Assembly (NCBI GenBank): GCA_037445065.1
Contig: JBBILD010000002.1
Span: 64,001 to 128,000 of the forward strand
Source: Myxococcales bacterium
GTDB taxonomy: Bacteria; Desulfobacterota; Binatia; HRBIN30
Direction: 5' to 3'
Length of the DNA stretch: 64,000 nucleotides
A model generated the notes under the pieces. That model did not search any database and had not been told where the DNA came from. It was given only the letters and a program-made list of their open reading frames with translations. Below are positions 20,313 through 32,219 of this stretch, piece by piece. The position numbers and the translations under genes were made by a program. The first letter of the stretch is position 1, and each line of letters begins with the position of its first letter.

Positions 20313-20461
20313 GGCCGTAGCTGCTTAGCTTGCCCGCCAAGAAAAAGAAACATTGCCGCGCTGGCTGCGGGGGTTAGCGTCGCACGGTGGTGAAGTTTGG
20401 GGGGGCAGCGAGTTGCATCGGGCTGCGGGTTTTCGGTAGCTCGTGAGCAGCGGTGGCGCTC

Positions 20462-21220
20462 ATGCACGTGCGAACCATTGCAGTGATCCCGGCTCGTTAC
20501 GGTTCGGAACGCCTGCCAGGCAAACCGCTGGCATCGATCGGAGGAAAGCCGTTGGTGCAGCACGTCTACGAGCGTGTTGCCAAGGTGCGCGGCCTAGCCC
20601 GCGTGTGTGTGGCCACCGACGATGAGCGAATCGAAGCGGCGGTGCGTGCGTTTGGCGGGGAGGTCGTGCGTACAAGCCCGCACCACCGCTCGGGGACTGA
20701 CCGAGTCGCGGAAGTGGCGGCTCAGGACCCGGCCGAACTGGTAGTGAATGTGCAAGGAGACATGCCGTTTATCCGCCCGCAAGTGGTCGAGTTATTGGTG
20801 GATCGGCTGGCCGCTGATCGGTCGTTGCCGATGGCCACGGTGTGCATGCCACTGGCTGATGTGCGCGCGTACGAGAACCCGCACGTGGTGAAGGTCGTGT
20901 GCGATCGGTTGGGGCGGGCGCTCTACTTTTCTCGGAGCCCGATCCCGTTTTGGCGCGGCGAAGCGGACCGGGTTCCGGCGCAAGCGCGCAAGCATGTCGG
21001 CTTGTACGCGTTTCGCCGAGAATTTCTCTTACAGTTTGCGGCACTGGCACCGACGCCGCTGGAGGAGGCCGAACGGCTGGAGCAGTTGCGCGCACTAGAA
21101 CACGGATTCTCCATCGGCGTGATCGAGGCCGAGCTGGGCGCTGGGGTGGAAGTGGACACGCCGGCGGACTTGGAAAGGGCGCGCCAGTTGTGGGAAGAAA
21201 CAGGCGCCGAGCTGCCTTAG
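20462..21220 (+). CDS. kdsB: CMP-Kdo synthetase
   Basis: IPARYGSERLPGKPL, SGTDR, NVQGD, ALYFSRSPIP, LEQLRAL. Confidence 0.96.
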   Translation: MHVRTIAVIPARYGSERLPGKPLASIGGKPLVQHVYERVAKVRGLARVCVATDDERIEAAVRAFGGEVVRTSPHHRSGTDRVAEVAAQDPAELVVNVQGDMPFIRPQVVELLVDRLAADRSLPMATVCMPLADVRAYENPHVVKVVCDRLGRALYFSRSPIPFWRGEADRVPAQARKHVGLYAFRREFLLQFAALAPTPLEEAERLEQLRALEHGFSIGVIEAELGAGVEVDTPADLERARQLWEETGAELP

Positions 21221-21293
21221 GTGGGAGTCTGCGGCACAGTGCGCCCCGGCGTTGTCGGGCGCCTGGGTGGCTCGCGCGAGGTGGCATCGCTAG

Positions 21294-22961
<1,668 letters not shown>

Positions 22962-22964
22962 CGT

Positions 22965-23822
22965 ATGAGCCGGGTCGTGCTGGCAGGTTCGGTGCCCATC
23001 GGCGGTGGGCACCCGTTGGTTTTTATCGGGGGGCCGTGCGTGATCGAAAGCGCGGATAGCTCTTTGCGCCACGCCGAGCGGCTCAAGCGGATCAGCCAAA
23101 AGACTGGCGTGCCACTCGTATTCAAGTCGTCCTTTGACAAAGCCAACCGGACTTCGCTCGACTCTTACCGCGGGCCGGGATTGGAGTGCGGACTGGAGAT
23201 CCTCGCCCGTGTCAAGGCCGAGATCGGCGTGCCGGTTTTGACGGACGTGCACGAAGTCGGGCAGGCCCGGCTTGTGGCTGAGGTAGTGGATGTGTTGCAA
23301 ACGCCTGCCTTTTTGGTGCGGCAGACGGACTTCTTGTTGGATGTGGCGCGGGCGGGCAAGCCAGTCAACGTAAAGAAGGGGCAGTTTCTCGCCCCCTGGG
23401 ACATGGGCCCCGTGTTGAAGAAGATGGAGGCGGCAGGCAACGCCCAGCTCTTAGTGACGGAGCGAGGAACCTGCTTCGGCTACAACAACTTGGTTAGCGA
23501 CTTTCGTTCCTTGGTCGTCCTGCGCGACTACGGATACCCGGTAGTGTTCGACGCCGGCCACAGCGTGCAGTTGCCCGGGGGCAAGGGTTCCGCTTCCGGT
23601 GGAGAGCGGGCGTTCATCCGGCCCCTGGCGCGTGCCGCCGCTGCCGTGGGGATTGACGCCTTGTTCCTCGAGGTCCACGAGGATCCAGACCACGCACTGA
23701 GCGACGGGCCGAATTCCTATCCCTTGGAACTGCTCGAGGGCCTCCTGTGCGAAGTACGCGACTTGGCGGAGCGGACGCGGGCGGGTTTCGCTGGGGGAGC
23801 GGCGGGAGATCGTTCGGGATGA
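22965..23822 (+). CDS. kdsA: Kdo-8-phosphate synthase
   Basis: [38 protein letters not shown]. Confidence 0.96.
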   Translation: MSRVVLAGSVPIGGGHPLVFIGGPCVIESADSSLRHAERLKRISQKTGVPLVFKSSFDKANRTSLDSYRGPGLECGLEILARVKAEIGVPVLTDVHEVGQARLVAEVVDVLQTPAFLVRQTDFLLDVARAGKPVNVKKGQFLAPWDMGPVLKKMEAAGNAQLLVTERGTCFGYNNLVSDFRSLVVLRDYGYPVVFDAGHSVQLPGGKGSASGGERAFIRPLARAAAAVGIDALFLEVHEDPDHALSDGPNSYPLELLEGLLCEVRDLAERTRAGFAGGAAGDRSG

Positions 23823-24790
23823 CCAAGACGCACGCTTTGCAAACGGGCCGGCGTGTTCTCCAGATCGAGGCCCGCGCCGTGCAGGCATTGGCAGAACGGC
23901 TGGACGAGACCTTCGCGCAGGCAGTGGATGTGCTCGCTCAGTGCCGCGGGAAAATCGTGGTCACCGGGATGGGCAAATCGGGCATTGTCTGCCGGAAGAT
24001 CGCCGCGACGTTGACCAGTACCGGCTCCCCCGCAGTGTTCTTGCACGCCGCCGAGGGCGCCCACGGGGACGCGGGCGTATTCGTGAAAGGGGACGTGGTG
24101 CTCGCTTTGTCGCAAAGTGGGGAGACCGAGGAGGTCTTGCGACTGTTGCCTATTTTCAAGCGCTTGGAACTTCCCTTGGTCGCCATGACCGGCCGGCCGG
24201 ATTCGACCCTGGGCCGGGCAGCGGAAGTGGTGCTCGACGTACACGTGGAGGAAGAGGCCTGCCCGTTAGGGCTCGCGCCGACGGCGAGCACCACGGCAGC
24301 GCTAGCGCTGGGGGATGCCTTGGCTGTGGCGCTACTAGAACGCAAGGGGTTTCGCGCCGAGGATTTTGCGGTCCTTCACCCTGCTGGCTTCCTGGGAAAG
24401 CGCTTCCTCAGGGTGGCGGATTTGATGCATCGTGGGGATGCCATTCCCCTGGTGGATCCGGACGCAGGCTTTTCCACCGTGCTGAGCGAGATCACAGGGA
24501 AGCGCTTGGGGATCACGGGTGTGATAGACGGCTCTGGCGCACTCATCGGTGTGATCACCGACGGAGATTTGCGCCGGGCGCTCGAACGGATCGAGGACAT
24601 TCGTGCAGCCCGAGCAAGGGATGTCATGACTCGGAATCCGAAAACCATTCCGGCGGACGCGCTGGCGGCGCGCGCGGTTGCGGAAATGGAGCGACACAGC
24701 ATCACCGCTTTGTTTATCCTGGATGCAGCGAGCCGGCGGCCGATCGGGATCGTCCACCTGCACGATTTACTCAAGGCCGGAGTGGTTTGA
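23819..24790 (+). CDS. kdsD: Arabinose-5-phosphate isomerase (KpsF/GutQ; SIS plus CBS)
   Basis: [39 protein letters not shown] pair; ATGA overlap with kdsA. Confidence 0.94.
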   Translation: MTKTHALQTGRRVLQIEARAVQALAERLDETFAQAVDVLAQCRGKIVVTGMGKSGIVCRKIAATLTSTGSPAVFLHAAEGAHGDAGVFVKGDVVLALSQSGETEEVLRLLPIFKRLELPLVAMTGRPDSTLGRAAEVVLDVHVEEEACPLGLAPTASTTAALALGDALAVALLERKGFRAEDFAVLHPAGFLGKRFLRVADLMHRGDAIPLVDPDAGFSTVLSEITGKRLGITGVIDGSGALIGVITDGDLRRALERIEDIRAARARDVMTRNPKTIPADALAARAVAEMERHSITALFILDAASRRPIGIVHLHDLLKAGVV

Positions 24791-24797
24791 GCGCGGG

Positions 24798-25808
24798 ATG
24801 TTGGAGGAGTCGCAGGTGCCAGGAGCGAGTCCGTGGCGGACATGGGGGATTCGGGTCAAGCGTATTCGCCGGCGGATCCAGGGCGCTACTCTGGTTGCCC
24901 TGGCACAAGGCGCGTTATGGGCCTTGAGCCGCATGAGGCTCGAAACCGCTCTCCGTTTCGGGGAAATCCTGGGCGCCATCGGCTACTTCCTTCTCCGCCA
25001 CGAGCGCAGGCTTGCGTTGCGTCACCTGGAGTTGGCGTTCGGCACGGAGCTGGGTACGCGCGCGCGCGAACAGATCGCCCGCGCGTGCTTTGTGAACAGC
25101 GCTCGGCTTTTGTGCGAGCTCGCGCAAGTCGAAGAGATTCGTAGGCGGCAAGCGGAACTCTTTACTTTGGACGGGGAGGAAAACTTGCGGGCCATTCTGG
25201 CGCGTGGGACCGGATGCATTGCTGTCACCGGCCACATCGGCAACTGGGAGCTGCTGGCGGCGTTTTTTGCGTGGCGGGGCATACGCGTTTCTGCGGTGGC
25301 GCGGCGAATTTACGTGGTTGGCCTGAACGAAATGATCGTGTCCTGGCGCCGACGGCAGGGAGTGGAGACCATCCTGCGGGAGAGTCCCGACTCAGCGCGC
25401 CGCATCCTGGCCGTGCTCAAAGAGAATGGCATCTTGGCGATGGTGGTGGATCAAGATACCCACGTTCCGTCCATTTCGGTTCCGTTTTTCGGCCGTTTGG
25501 CCCGTACCCCAGTGGCGGCAGCCGCTCTTGCAATTCGGCGGAACCTTCCCATCGTGCCGGTGTTCATTCAGCGAACAGGACCGATCGGATGGAAGGTCAT
25601 CGTCCGGCCGCCGCTCGATCCGGTTCGGGAGCAGGATCGGAAACACGCGATCCGCGAGCTGACAAGCCGGTTGAACGCCTCGATCGAACAGCAGATTCGG
25701 GCCAACCCGGCGGAATGGCCCTGGTGGCACCGCCGCTGGCGGAGACAGCCCATTCCGAAACTTGACCTAGACGCTCCCTTGGAATATGTGCGACCAAAAG
25801 TATCCTGA
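24798..25808 (+). CDS. Lipid A late acyltransferase (LpxL/HtrB family), copy 1
   Basis: TGHIGNWE, VDQD, VPFFG, WPWWHRRWR. Start codon uncertain. Confidence 0.9.
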   Translation: MLEESQVPGASPWRTWGIRVKRIRRRIQGATLVALAQGALWALSRMRLETALRFGEILGAIGYFLLRHERRLALRHLELAFGTELGTRAREQIARACFVNSARLLCELAQVEEIRRRQAELFTLDGEENLRAILARGTGCIAVTGHIGNWELLAAFFAWRGIRVSAVARRIYVVGLNEMIVSWRRRQGVETILRESPDSARRILAVLKENGILAMVVDQDTHVPSISVPFFGRLARTPVAAAALAIRRNLPIVPVFIQRTGPIGWKVIVRPPLDPVREQDRKHAIRELTSRLNASIEQQIRANPAEWPWWHRRWRRQPIPKLDLDAPLEYVRPKVS

Positions 25809-25863
25809 GCCGCAGGGTTGCTGCCCGGTTGGCACCCACGAAAAGGAGGTGGAGGAAGCGATT

Positions 25864-26439
25864 ATGGCTGTGGACCAGCGCCTAGTTTTGCTGATGAGCT
25901 ACTACCGCGACGCGGAGTTGCGAGGGGCAAATTTGTTGTTCCGCTTGCTTTCTCACCTGGACGATCCGGACTCGCAAACCAAACTTTCCCTCCATTTGGC
26001 GGATGAAACACGCCACGCCTGGTTGTGGACGAAGCGCATCCGCGACCTGGGAGGAGACCCAGTGAAAGTGGGCGACGGCTACCAGACGCGCATTGGCCTC
26101 CGTGCTGTTCCAAGGGATTTGATCGATTTACTTGCCTTGACGGTGGTGGTCGAAGAGCGCGCGTTTCAACGGTACCAGGAGCACGCTGCGCGCGCCGACG
26201 TGGATGCAGAGACACTCGAGGTCTTGCGAGAGGTCACCAAAGACGAAAAGTGGCACATCAGTTGGGTGCGAAATAAGCTCGAGGAACTGGCGCGCGAGCG
26301 TGGTGAGGAAGACCGCATGCGCGAAGCCATTGAGCGCTTCGAGCGAATCGATCAAGAGGTGTACGCCGAGCTGCGCGCGAAGGAGCAAGCCGTTTTTGGC
26401 GAAGGAAGCGCGGGCTCACCGGGCTCGGTGGGTAGCTGA
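25864..26439 (+). CDS. Ferritin-like di-iron four-helix-bundle protein
   Basis: DAELRG / ADETRH / VVEERA / KDEKWH give the E..ExxH..E..ExxH pattern; strong AAGGAGG SD upstream. Confidence 0.85.
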   Translation: MAVDQRLVLLMSYYRDAELRGANLLFRLLSHLDDPDSQTKLSLHLADETRHAWLWTKRIRDLGGDPVKVGDGYQTRIGLRAVPRDLIDLLALTVVVEERAFQRYQEHAARADVDAETLEVLREVTKDEKWHISWVRNKLEELARERGEEDRMREAIERFERIDQEVYAELRAKEQAVFGEGSAGSPGSVGS

Positions 26440-26440
26440 T

Positions 26441-27412
26441 TTGGCGGGGTCGGCCCCCGTCGGGGATCGCAGCCACGCATCCGTCGAAAACCGTTCGGCG
26501 CGGCTGCGCGATTGGGTAGAGCTGCTTCTTTGCCTAGGGGTCATCTCCTTCCTACGGTTTCTCCCGGCTTCTTGGTCATTTCGCCTGGGTTCAGCGCTGG
26601 GTACGATAGCGTTTGCGCTTTTGCCGCAGGCACGAAAGGCGGGCTTGAAGAACTTGGCCATCGCCTTCCCAAGTTGGCCCGAATCGGAGCGACGTCGTGT
26701 TCTGCGGGAGAGTTTCCGGAATCTCGGTCGCATGGTGGCTGAACTCAGCAGGATTGACCGGGTCGGCGTCGAGGAGCTGCGTCGGCGCGTAAAGATTGCC
26801 GATCCCGAATTGTGGCAGCGACTTCTCACCGAGCGCAAAGGCCAGGGTTTGCTCGTGCTCACTGCTCACTTCGGCAACTGGGAGTTGCTGGCCTGGTTCC
26901 ACGGTCGCCTCGGTTACCCGGTGACGCTGATTCACCGGCCGCTCCGCAATCCGCTCTTGGACACATCGCTGTTACGCTGGCGCGCCAAAGCTGGAACCCG
27001 CTCGATCCCGAAGCGGCGGGCGGCGCGGGAAGCCCTGCGCGCCTTGCGCGAGGGCGCGGTGCTGGCGATTCCGGCGGACCAGAATCAGGTCTTTTCCTTC
27101 GGGGTTTTCGTTGACTTCTTTGGCTTGCCCGCCTGCACCACAACTGGTCCGGTGCGTATTGCGCAACACGCTGGTGTGCCTGTGGTACCCGTGTTTTTGC
27201 GGCGTTGCGGTGCCAGCCAACAGCACGTCCTGGAGGTGTATCCGCCCATTGCGTGGCAGCTCTCCACGGATCATGACGCAGACCTAATCGAGAACACGCG
27301 GCGTTGCTCGGCGGTGATCGAAGACATCATTCGCCAGTACCCTGAACAGTGGATCTGGTTTCATAAGCGATGGAAAACTCGACCTCCTGGCGAGCCACGG
27401 ATTTACGACTGA
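26441..27412 (+). CDS. Lipid A late acyltransferase (LpxL/HtrB family), copy 2
   Basis: TAHFGNWE, RPLRNP, ADQN, VFVDFFG, QYPEQWIWFHKRWKTRP. TTG start at 26441 is assumed. Confidence 0.9.
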   Translation: MAGSAPVGDRSHASVENRSARLRDWVELLLCLGVISFLRFLPASWSFRLGSALGTIAFALLPQARKAGLKNLAIAFPSWPESERRRVLRESFRNLGRMVAELSRIDRVGVEELRRRVKIADPELWQRLLTERKGQGLLVLTAHFGNWELLAWFHGRLGYPVTLIHRPLRNPLLDTSLLRWRAKAGTRSIPKRRAAREALRALREGAVLAIPADQNQVFSFGVFVDFFGLPACTTTGPVRIAQHAGVPVVPVFLRRCGASQQHVLEVYPPIAWQLSTDHDADLIENTRRCSAVIEDIIRQYPEQWIWFHKRWKTRPPGEPRIYD

Positions 27413-27622
27413 GGCTCCCGAGACTCTCCAAAGCACGCGTGGAATGTGCGTGCTCACGCCTTTCTGGGATGGGGGATTGATCGGCATCGAGGGGCGGCGC
27501 GGAAGCGCCTAGCGACAGGCCACATGAGGGCATGCGTCGCTCGAGCGGGCAAGCAAAGCAACCGTACCGTGTTGCGACCTTCAGGGGACGGGGCAGCCGC
27601 TAACCCGAGTCAGGCGCGCTGA

Positions 27623-30394
27623 TCACGGGCTCGCGGTATGGACTTCGCGCAGCACCAGCCCAACGGGCAGGGACTCGGAGAACACCTGCAACCGCTCACT
27701 GGACTCGAGAGGGGTTGGTTCGAGGACGAGGCGGGAGAGGCGGTCGAAGCCCTCAGCCCTGAGACGCTCTGCAACCCGTTCGCGCAGTTCGCGCGGTAAA
27801 TCGCGCTCGCGATCGCCCACGCACCGCGCCAACTGAGCAATCGCAAACGCCGTGGTTTTGGTGCGTGGCCATTTTAGGCTGAGGAGTTGCTCGACCCAAC
27901 GCGCCACGGTTTCCCGTGCGACGACGGTGTTCAAAGGACCGTATACGGGTGCCCGGTTCCCGAGCCGACCGAGCGCCCAGATCTCCGCATCCGTCGCAGT
28001 TCCTTTGGCGATGAGGGGCAGCAGCGATTCCCCGAGCTGCGCCTTCTGCAAGGCGGCTAGGTGCTCGCAGCTTGCCAAGACTTGCCAGAACTCCCGGATT
28101 TCTTGTGGTCCCACCCGCGGCAGGCTACGCGCTTTGCTTTTTGCTTGTGGCAAGAGGTACGGAGACACTTCATTCCACAATACGCTCTGTTGGGCGCGAT
28201 CCAGGCCCCCGGCAACCCGCTTCCACATGTTCCACCATTCGACCCGTACTTGCACAGAGCGAGCAAAACGGATTCCCTCGCTTTTGAGACGCCAGAGGTG
28301 CTGCACACGAAGGGCGTCCAAATCGGCTCCGAAGCCGGGTCGCAGCAGGTAGCCGGCCAGGTTGTACCAGCGCGCCTCATGGTCCGGTGTTCGGAACCGT
28401 CCCGCCCGAGTTTCCCATAACGGTTCCCAAAGGCGGCGCAGAACCGGCAATGGCCACTCTTCTTTGCCCAGACCCAGTTCGTCCTCCAGCACACGAACCA
28501 GGCGAACAGGGTCGGGTTCTGCCGGACCCTCGGTGGCGAAGGTTTCGCGCAGGATCGCCAGGGCTCGCCCGACACGCTCTGCTGCCACCAGCAGGGCAGT
28601 GGGTTTTTCTTCGGAAGTCAGTGCCTCCCCTCTGGTGGGTAGGCGGACGTCGCGTAAATCGAATTGCAAGCGCCAGCGGTGATCCGTGCTGCCCGAAACG
28701 CACCAGATCTCGAGCGTTCCCACCTCGGTCAGCCGCACCTGCAGATGGACCGGCAACTTACGAGCGGTGAGTTTGCGCCCAAAGCGCAGGATGGTGCGTA
28801 CAGGGGGGAGAGCCTGAAGCTCAGCACGATCAATTTGCAAAATCTGCCCAACCGAGTCCCCCCGCCGCGACGACGATGCGAAGAGGGGAAACTGCACGGC
28901 TTCGTTGGTGACCAGCTCGAACGACGCGCTGTCAATGTTCCGAACTTCCCCTTCTTCCATGCCGCGTTCTACCAAGCAGACGGTGCGCACTGGGCCCTGC
29001 TCGGCTGCTGGGTCGAGCCCGAGGTAATACGTGCGGGCTGCTCCGCCACCGATTCGAATGCCGCACCCGTGCCGGACAAGCCCGTAGTAGGCAGCGCCAC
29101 GCGCCACAGCCAGGTCGAGATCGGTGCTTTCCAGTTCCTGTAAAGGTCGCGCGCTCCAGGTCTCTAAAATGTGATGGAGGCGCGCGCGCAAGATGGCGGG
29201 CTTGAGGGCGCCGCCGTTGAACAAAACAGTGTCCGGCCAGCAGCGTGTTCCATCCTCGTCCACAGCGTGAGCGCTGAGAAACGCCGCCAAGTGTCGGGTG
29301 ATTTCCGGCTCGCTTGCGTAGGGTAGGCCCCACTCTTGCAGCGCGGGTGCTTCTTCCCTTCGCGGCAGCTCCTCGGGAGAACGAATCGGAAAGAAGCCTT
29401 CGAGGATCGCCTGATGAACCTCGTCGCGCGTTACGGTCGCGCTTCGCGTGGAGGCCACAATGGAGCGCCCGCGTCCCGGCACGATCAGCGTCTCGCTTGT
29501 AGTATCAGGGTCACTGAGCAGCCGCTCCTTGGCCGCGCGGCAAGCGAGGACCATGGTGAAAAAGCGCGGTGTGTCGAGCGCTTCGCCCAGACGCTCCTCG
29601 ATCATGCGGGCGAGGGCTAGGTCCATGTTGTCGCCACCGAGCAAGATGTGGTCGCCGACTGCCACCCGGTCCAAAGCCAGTCTGCCATCCGCCCACCGAA
29701 CGCTGACTAAGCTGAAGTCCGTCGTACCGCCGCCCACGTCAACGACCAGGATGGACCGCTGCCCAGCGAGGACTTGTTCGGCCTCACGTTCTCGTTCTTG
29801 CAGCCAAGCGTAAAGAGCCGCCTGTGGCTCTTCGAGCAAGATGGGATTGCGGAGACCCGCGGTGCTCGCTGCCTCCGCGGTAAGCTCCCGCGCCACTTCG
29901 TCAAACGATGCTGGTACGGTGAGGATGACTTCTTGCTCGCGAAGTGGTGTATCAGGAAAGGTCTGGTCCCACACCTCTCGGATGTGTTGCAAGTAACGGG
30001 CGGAAGCTTCGACGGGAGACAGCCGTGGCACCTCTTCCGCCGCGCCCCACGGAAGGATCGGCGCTTTTCGGTCAACCCCTCCGTGACACAACCAGGACTT
30101 TGCCGACGACACCAGTCTCCCGGGGACGCGGGCTCCCTGACGCCGAGCAAATTCCCCAACCGCGTACGGTCGCTCTGCATCCCAGGGTAGCGCCAGCGCG
30201 CCGGTAGGGAGTTCCGGCCCGCCAAGATACAAGAAGGAAGGGAGCGTCATTCGCTCCCCACACTCGCCTTCACCTACCAACTGGAGGATCGGCAATGAGT
30301 GCACGCGTGGATCCGTCTCCCCGAGGCTCGCGTATGCCACGGCACAATTTGTTGTCCCGAGGTCGATGCCGACCACGTATCGTGCTCCCGGCAC
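27623..30394 (-). CDS. Atypical Hsp70-family protein with long C-terminal helical extension (DUF3731-like)
   Basis: GIDLGTTN, LTVPASFD, LEEPQAA, DVGGGTTDFS, GGDNMD, AVARGAA; about 320 extra C-terminal residues (WYNLAGYLLRPGFG, WALGRLGNR). Confidence 0.88.
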   Translation of the reverse strand: MPGARYVVGIDLGTTNCAVAYASLGETDPRVHSLPILQLVGEGECGERMTLPSFLYLGGPELPTGALALPWDAERPYAVGEFARRQGARVPGRLVSSAKSWLCHGGVDRKAPILPWGAAEEVPRLSPVEASARYLQHIREVWDQTFPDTPLREQEVILTVPASFDEVARELTAEAASTAGLRNPILLEEPQAALYAWLQEREREAEQVLAGQRSILVVDVGGGTTDFSLVSVRWADGRLALDRVAVGDHILLGGDNMDLALARMIEERLGEALDTPRFFTMVLACRAAKERLLSDPDTTSETLIVPGRGRSIVASTRSATVTRDEVHQAILEGFFPIRSPEELPRREEAPALQEWGLPYASEPEITRHLAAFLSAHAVDEDGTRCWPDTVLFNGGALKPAILRARLHHILETWSARPLQELESTDLDLAVARGAAYYGLVRHGCGIRIGGGAARTYYLGLDPAAEQGPVRTVCLVERGMEEGEVRNIDSASFELVTNEAVQFPLFASSSRRGDSVGQILQIDRAELQALPPVRTILRFGRKLTARKLPVHLQVRLTEVGTLEIWCVSGSTDHRWRLQFDLRDVRLPTRGEALTSEEKPTALLVAAERVGRALAILRETFATEGPAEPDPVRLVRVLEDELGLGKEEWPLPVLRRLWEPLWETRAGRFRTPDHEARWYNLAGYLLRPGFGADLDALRVQHLWRLKSEGIRFARSVQVRVEWWNMWKRVAGGLDRAQQSVLWNEVSPYLLPQAKSKARSLPRVGPQEIREFWQVLASCEHLAALQKAQLGESLLPLIAKGTATDAEIWALGRLGNRAPVYGPLNTVVARETVARWVEQLLSLKWPRTKTTAFAIAQLARCVGDRERDLPRELRERVAERLRAEGFDRLSRLVLEPTPLESSERLQVFSESLPVGLVLREVHTASP

Positions 30395-30396
30395 GG

Positions 30397-32199
30397 CTAC
30401 CCTCTTTGCGATACAGGGCGGGTGGCCCGTAAGTCGAACGCGAGCCGCCAGCGCCCAGGACCGTCCTTCTCGGTACACCAAAGCTCGAGGGCGCCCACCT
30501 CGCTGACTCGGGCGCGCAGTCGAACGGGAATGCGGCCGGTCTCACTGGTGCCCTCAATGCGCACGGTTACCGGGGCCAGCCACTCGAACTGATCGTCGAT
30601 TTCCTCCACAAGGGTACCCACCTCGTCGTTCCGCGACGCGGAACGGAGCACGCGGAATTCAGAGTTTTGCCCGATCGCTAGGGCGAATTCGCGCTGAGAC
30701 AGTTCCACCTCGCTTCCTTCTGCCAAGCCGCGCGGCGCTACACACAGGGCGCGCAACGGCGGCCGGCGGCCGGGAACGGAGGGGAGGGCTGCAGCCACCG
30801 CAACGTAGTACGCGTGCGGTAGGTGAGACCGGATGCGCACGCCACCGTGTGCGTTTGCCCAGCCGTAGTACGCGGCTCCTAAGGCCACGGCTTGCTGCAA
30901 ATCTGCGCCCGTAAGAACCACGGGCTGTGGCGCATCTGAAAACCAACGGCATAACTGAGCCAGGAGGCGATCGCGGATCACGGTGGCTCGGAAGACGCCG
31001 CCATTGAACAGCACGGCCGTAGGCTTCAAGCCACCCCGTCCTCTACCCGTGGAAACGGCACTGACCAGGAAGTGCGCGAGGTGTCGGGTCACAGCCGGGT
31101 CGCTTGCGTACGGGAGTCCCCATTCCTGCAAGAGCTCCGGCAGTGCGCTGTCAGGACGATCTTGAAGGGCCACCTCCGGGAAGAAGCCTTCGAGCAAGGC
31201 TTGCTGCACGAGCGAGCGGCGGAGCTCCGTGCGTATGGCCCCCCCGATCAAACGGCTGCCGCGACCAGCGATGGCAAGAGGCACTGTGTCAAGTTCGGGA
31301 GACGAGAGGAGGCGTTCCTTGGCGTCCCGACAGGCGTGCAACAAGCTTCGTTGCTGCCAGGCATCTAGACGAACGCCTTGGGCGGCGAGTTGTTCGTACA
31401 GCGCCTCGGCCAAGGCTAGATCCATGTTGTCACCGCCGAGCAAAATGTGGTTACCGACGGCGACCCGTTCGAGCGCCAGCTGACCGTCTTGCTCGATGAC
31501 CTGAATCGCAGAGAAGTCTGTCGTTCCCCCACCGATGTCGCACACCAAAACACAATCTCCCAATTCGAGTTGGTGGCGCCAATCCTCACCGGTCCGGTGC
31601 AACCAGGCGTAAAACGCGGCCTGTGGTTCCTCGAGCAGCGTCACCTCACCAAGGCCGGCCTGACGGGCCGCTTGGAGGGTTAGTTCCCGCGCTGTTGGAT
31701 CGAACGAAGCTGGCACGGTGAGGACGACCTTCTGTCGCTCGCAGGGGTGCTCTGGAAAAGCTGCGTTCCAAGACTTCACGATCCGTTGCAGGTAGCGCGC
31801 GGAAGCGTCCACCGGAGAGACTTTCTCGACATCTTCACCTGCCCCCCAGGGCAGCAGGGGCTGGGTTCGATCAACCTGCGGAACGCATAGCCACGACTTG
31901 GCTGAGGTGACGAGGCGGTCGGCTTGCTGGATACCGAGGTCGCGCGCCAGAGTACCGACGACATACGCAGCGCCCCCCTCTCCCGGGAGAGCGAGCGCTT
32001 GCGATTGCCGCTCGTCGGCGCTCAGAACGTATAAAAAGGAAGGCAAACACGGCAGGCCCTCCACCACGCCTGGCGCCACTAACTGCTCGATCGGAAGCAC
32101 ACGGAGGCGCGCTTCCGCTTCACCCAATGGGGCATACGCCGCAACGGAGTTGGTCGTCCCGAGATCTACGCCGAGGACAAACTGTGCGCTGTCCGACAC
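30397..32199 (-). CDS. Atypical Hsp70-family protein (no helical lid region)
   Basis: GVDLGTTNS, TVPASFD, LEEPQAA, DIGGGTTDFS, GGDNMD, AVALGAA; ends shortly after a beta-rich domain. Confidence 0.9.
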   Translation of the reverse strand: MSDSAQFVLGVDLGTTNSVAAYAPLGEAEARLRVLPIEQLVAPGVVEGLPCLPSFLYVLSADERQSQALALPGEGGAAYVVGTLARDLGIQQADRLVTSAKSWLCVPQVDRTQPLLPWGAGEDVEKVSPVDASARYLQRIVKSWNAAFPEHPCERQKVVLTVPASFDPTARELTLQAARQAGLGEVTLLEEPQAAFYAWLHRTGEDWRHQLELGDCVLVCDIGGGTTDFSAIQVIEQDGQLALERVAVGNHILLGGDNMDLALAEALYEQLAAQGVRLDAWQQRSLLHACRDAKERLLSSPELDTVPLAIAGRGSRLIGGAIRTELRRSLVQQALLEGFFPEVALQDRPDSALPELLQEWGLPYASDPAVTRHLAHFLVSAVSTGRGRGGLKPTAVLFNGGVFRATVIRDRLLAQLCRWFSDAPQPVVLTGADLQQAVALGAAYYGWANAHGGVRIRSHLPHAYYVAVAAALPSVPGRRPPLRALCVAPRGLAEGSEVELSQREFALAIGQNSEFRVLRSASRNDEVGTLVEEIDDQFEWLAPVTVRIEGTSETGRIPVRLRARVSEVGALELWCTEKDGPGRWRLAFDLRATRPVSQRG

Positions 32200-32219
32200 G
32201 TTCCTTTAATGAACCGTTT

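Noticed and set aside
27623..32199. Annotating the Hsp70s as dnaK, hscA or hscC
   Set aside because: They lack the canonical substrate-binding domain and lid signatures and have no dnaJ, canonical grpE or isc neighbours.
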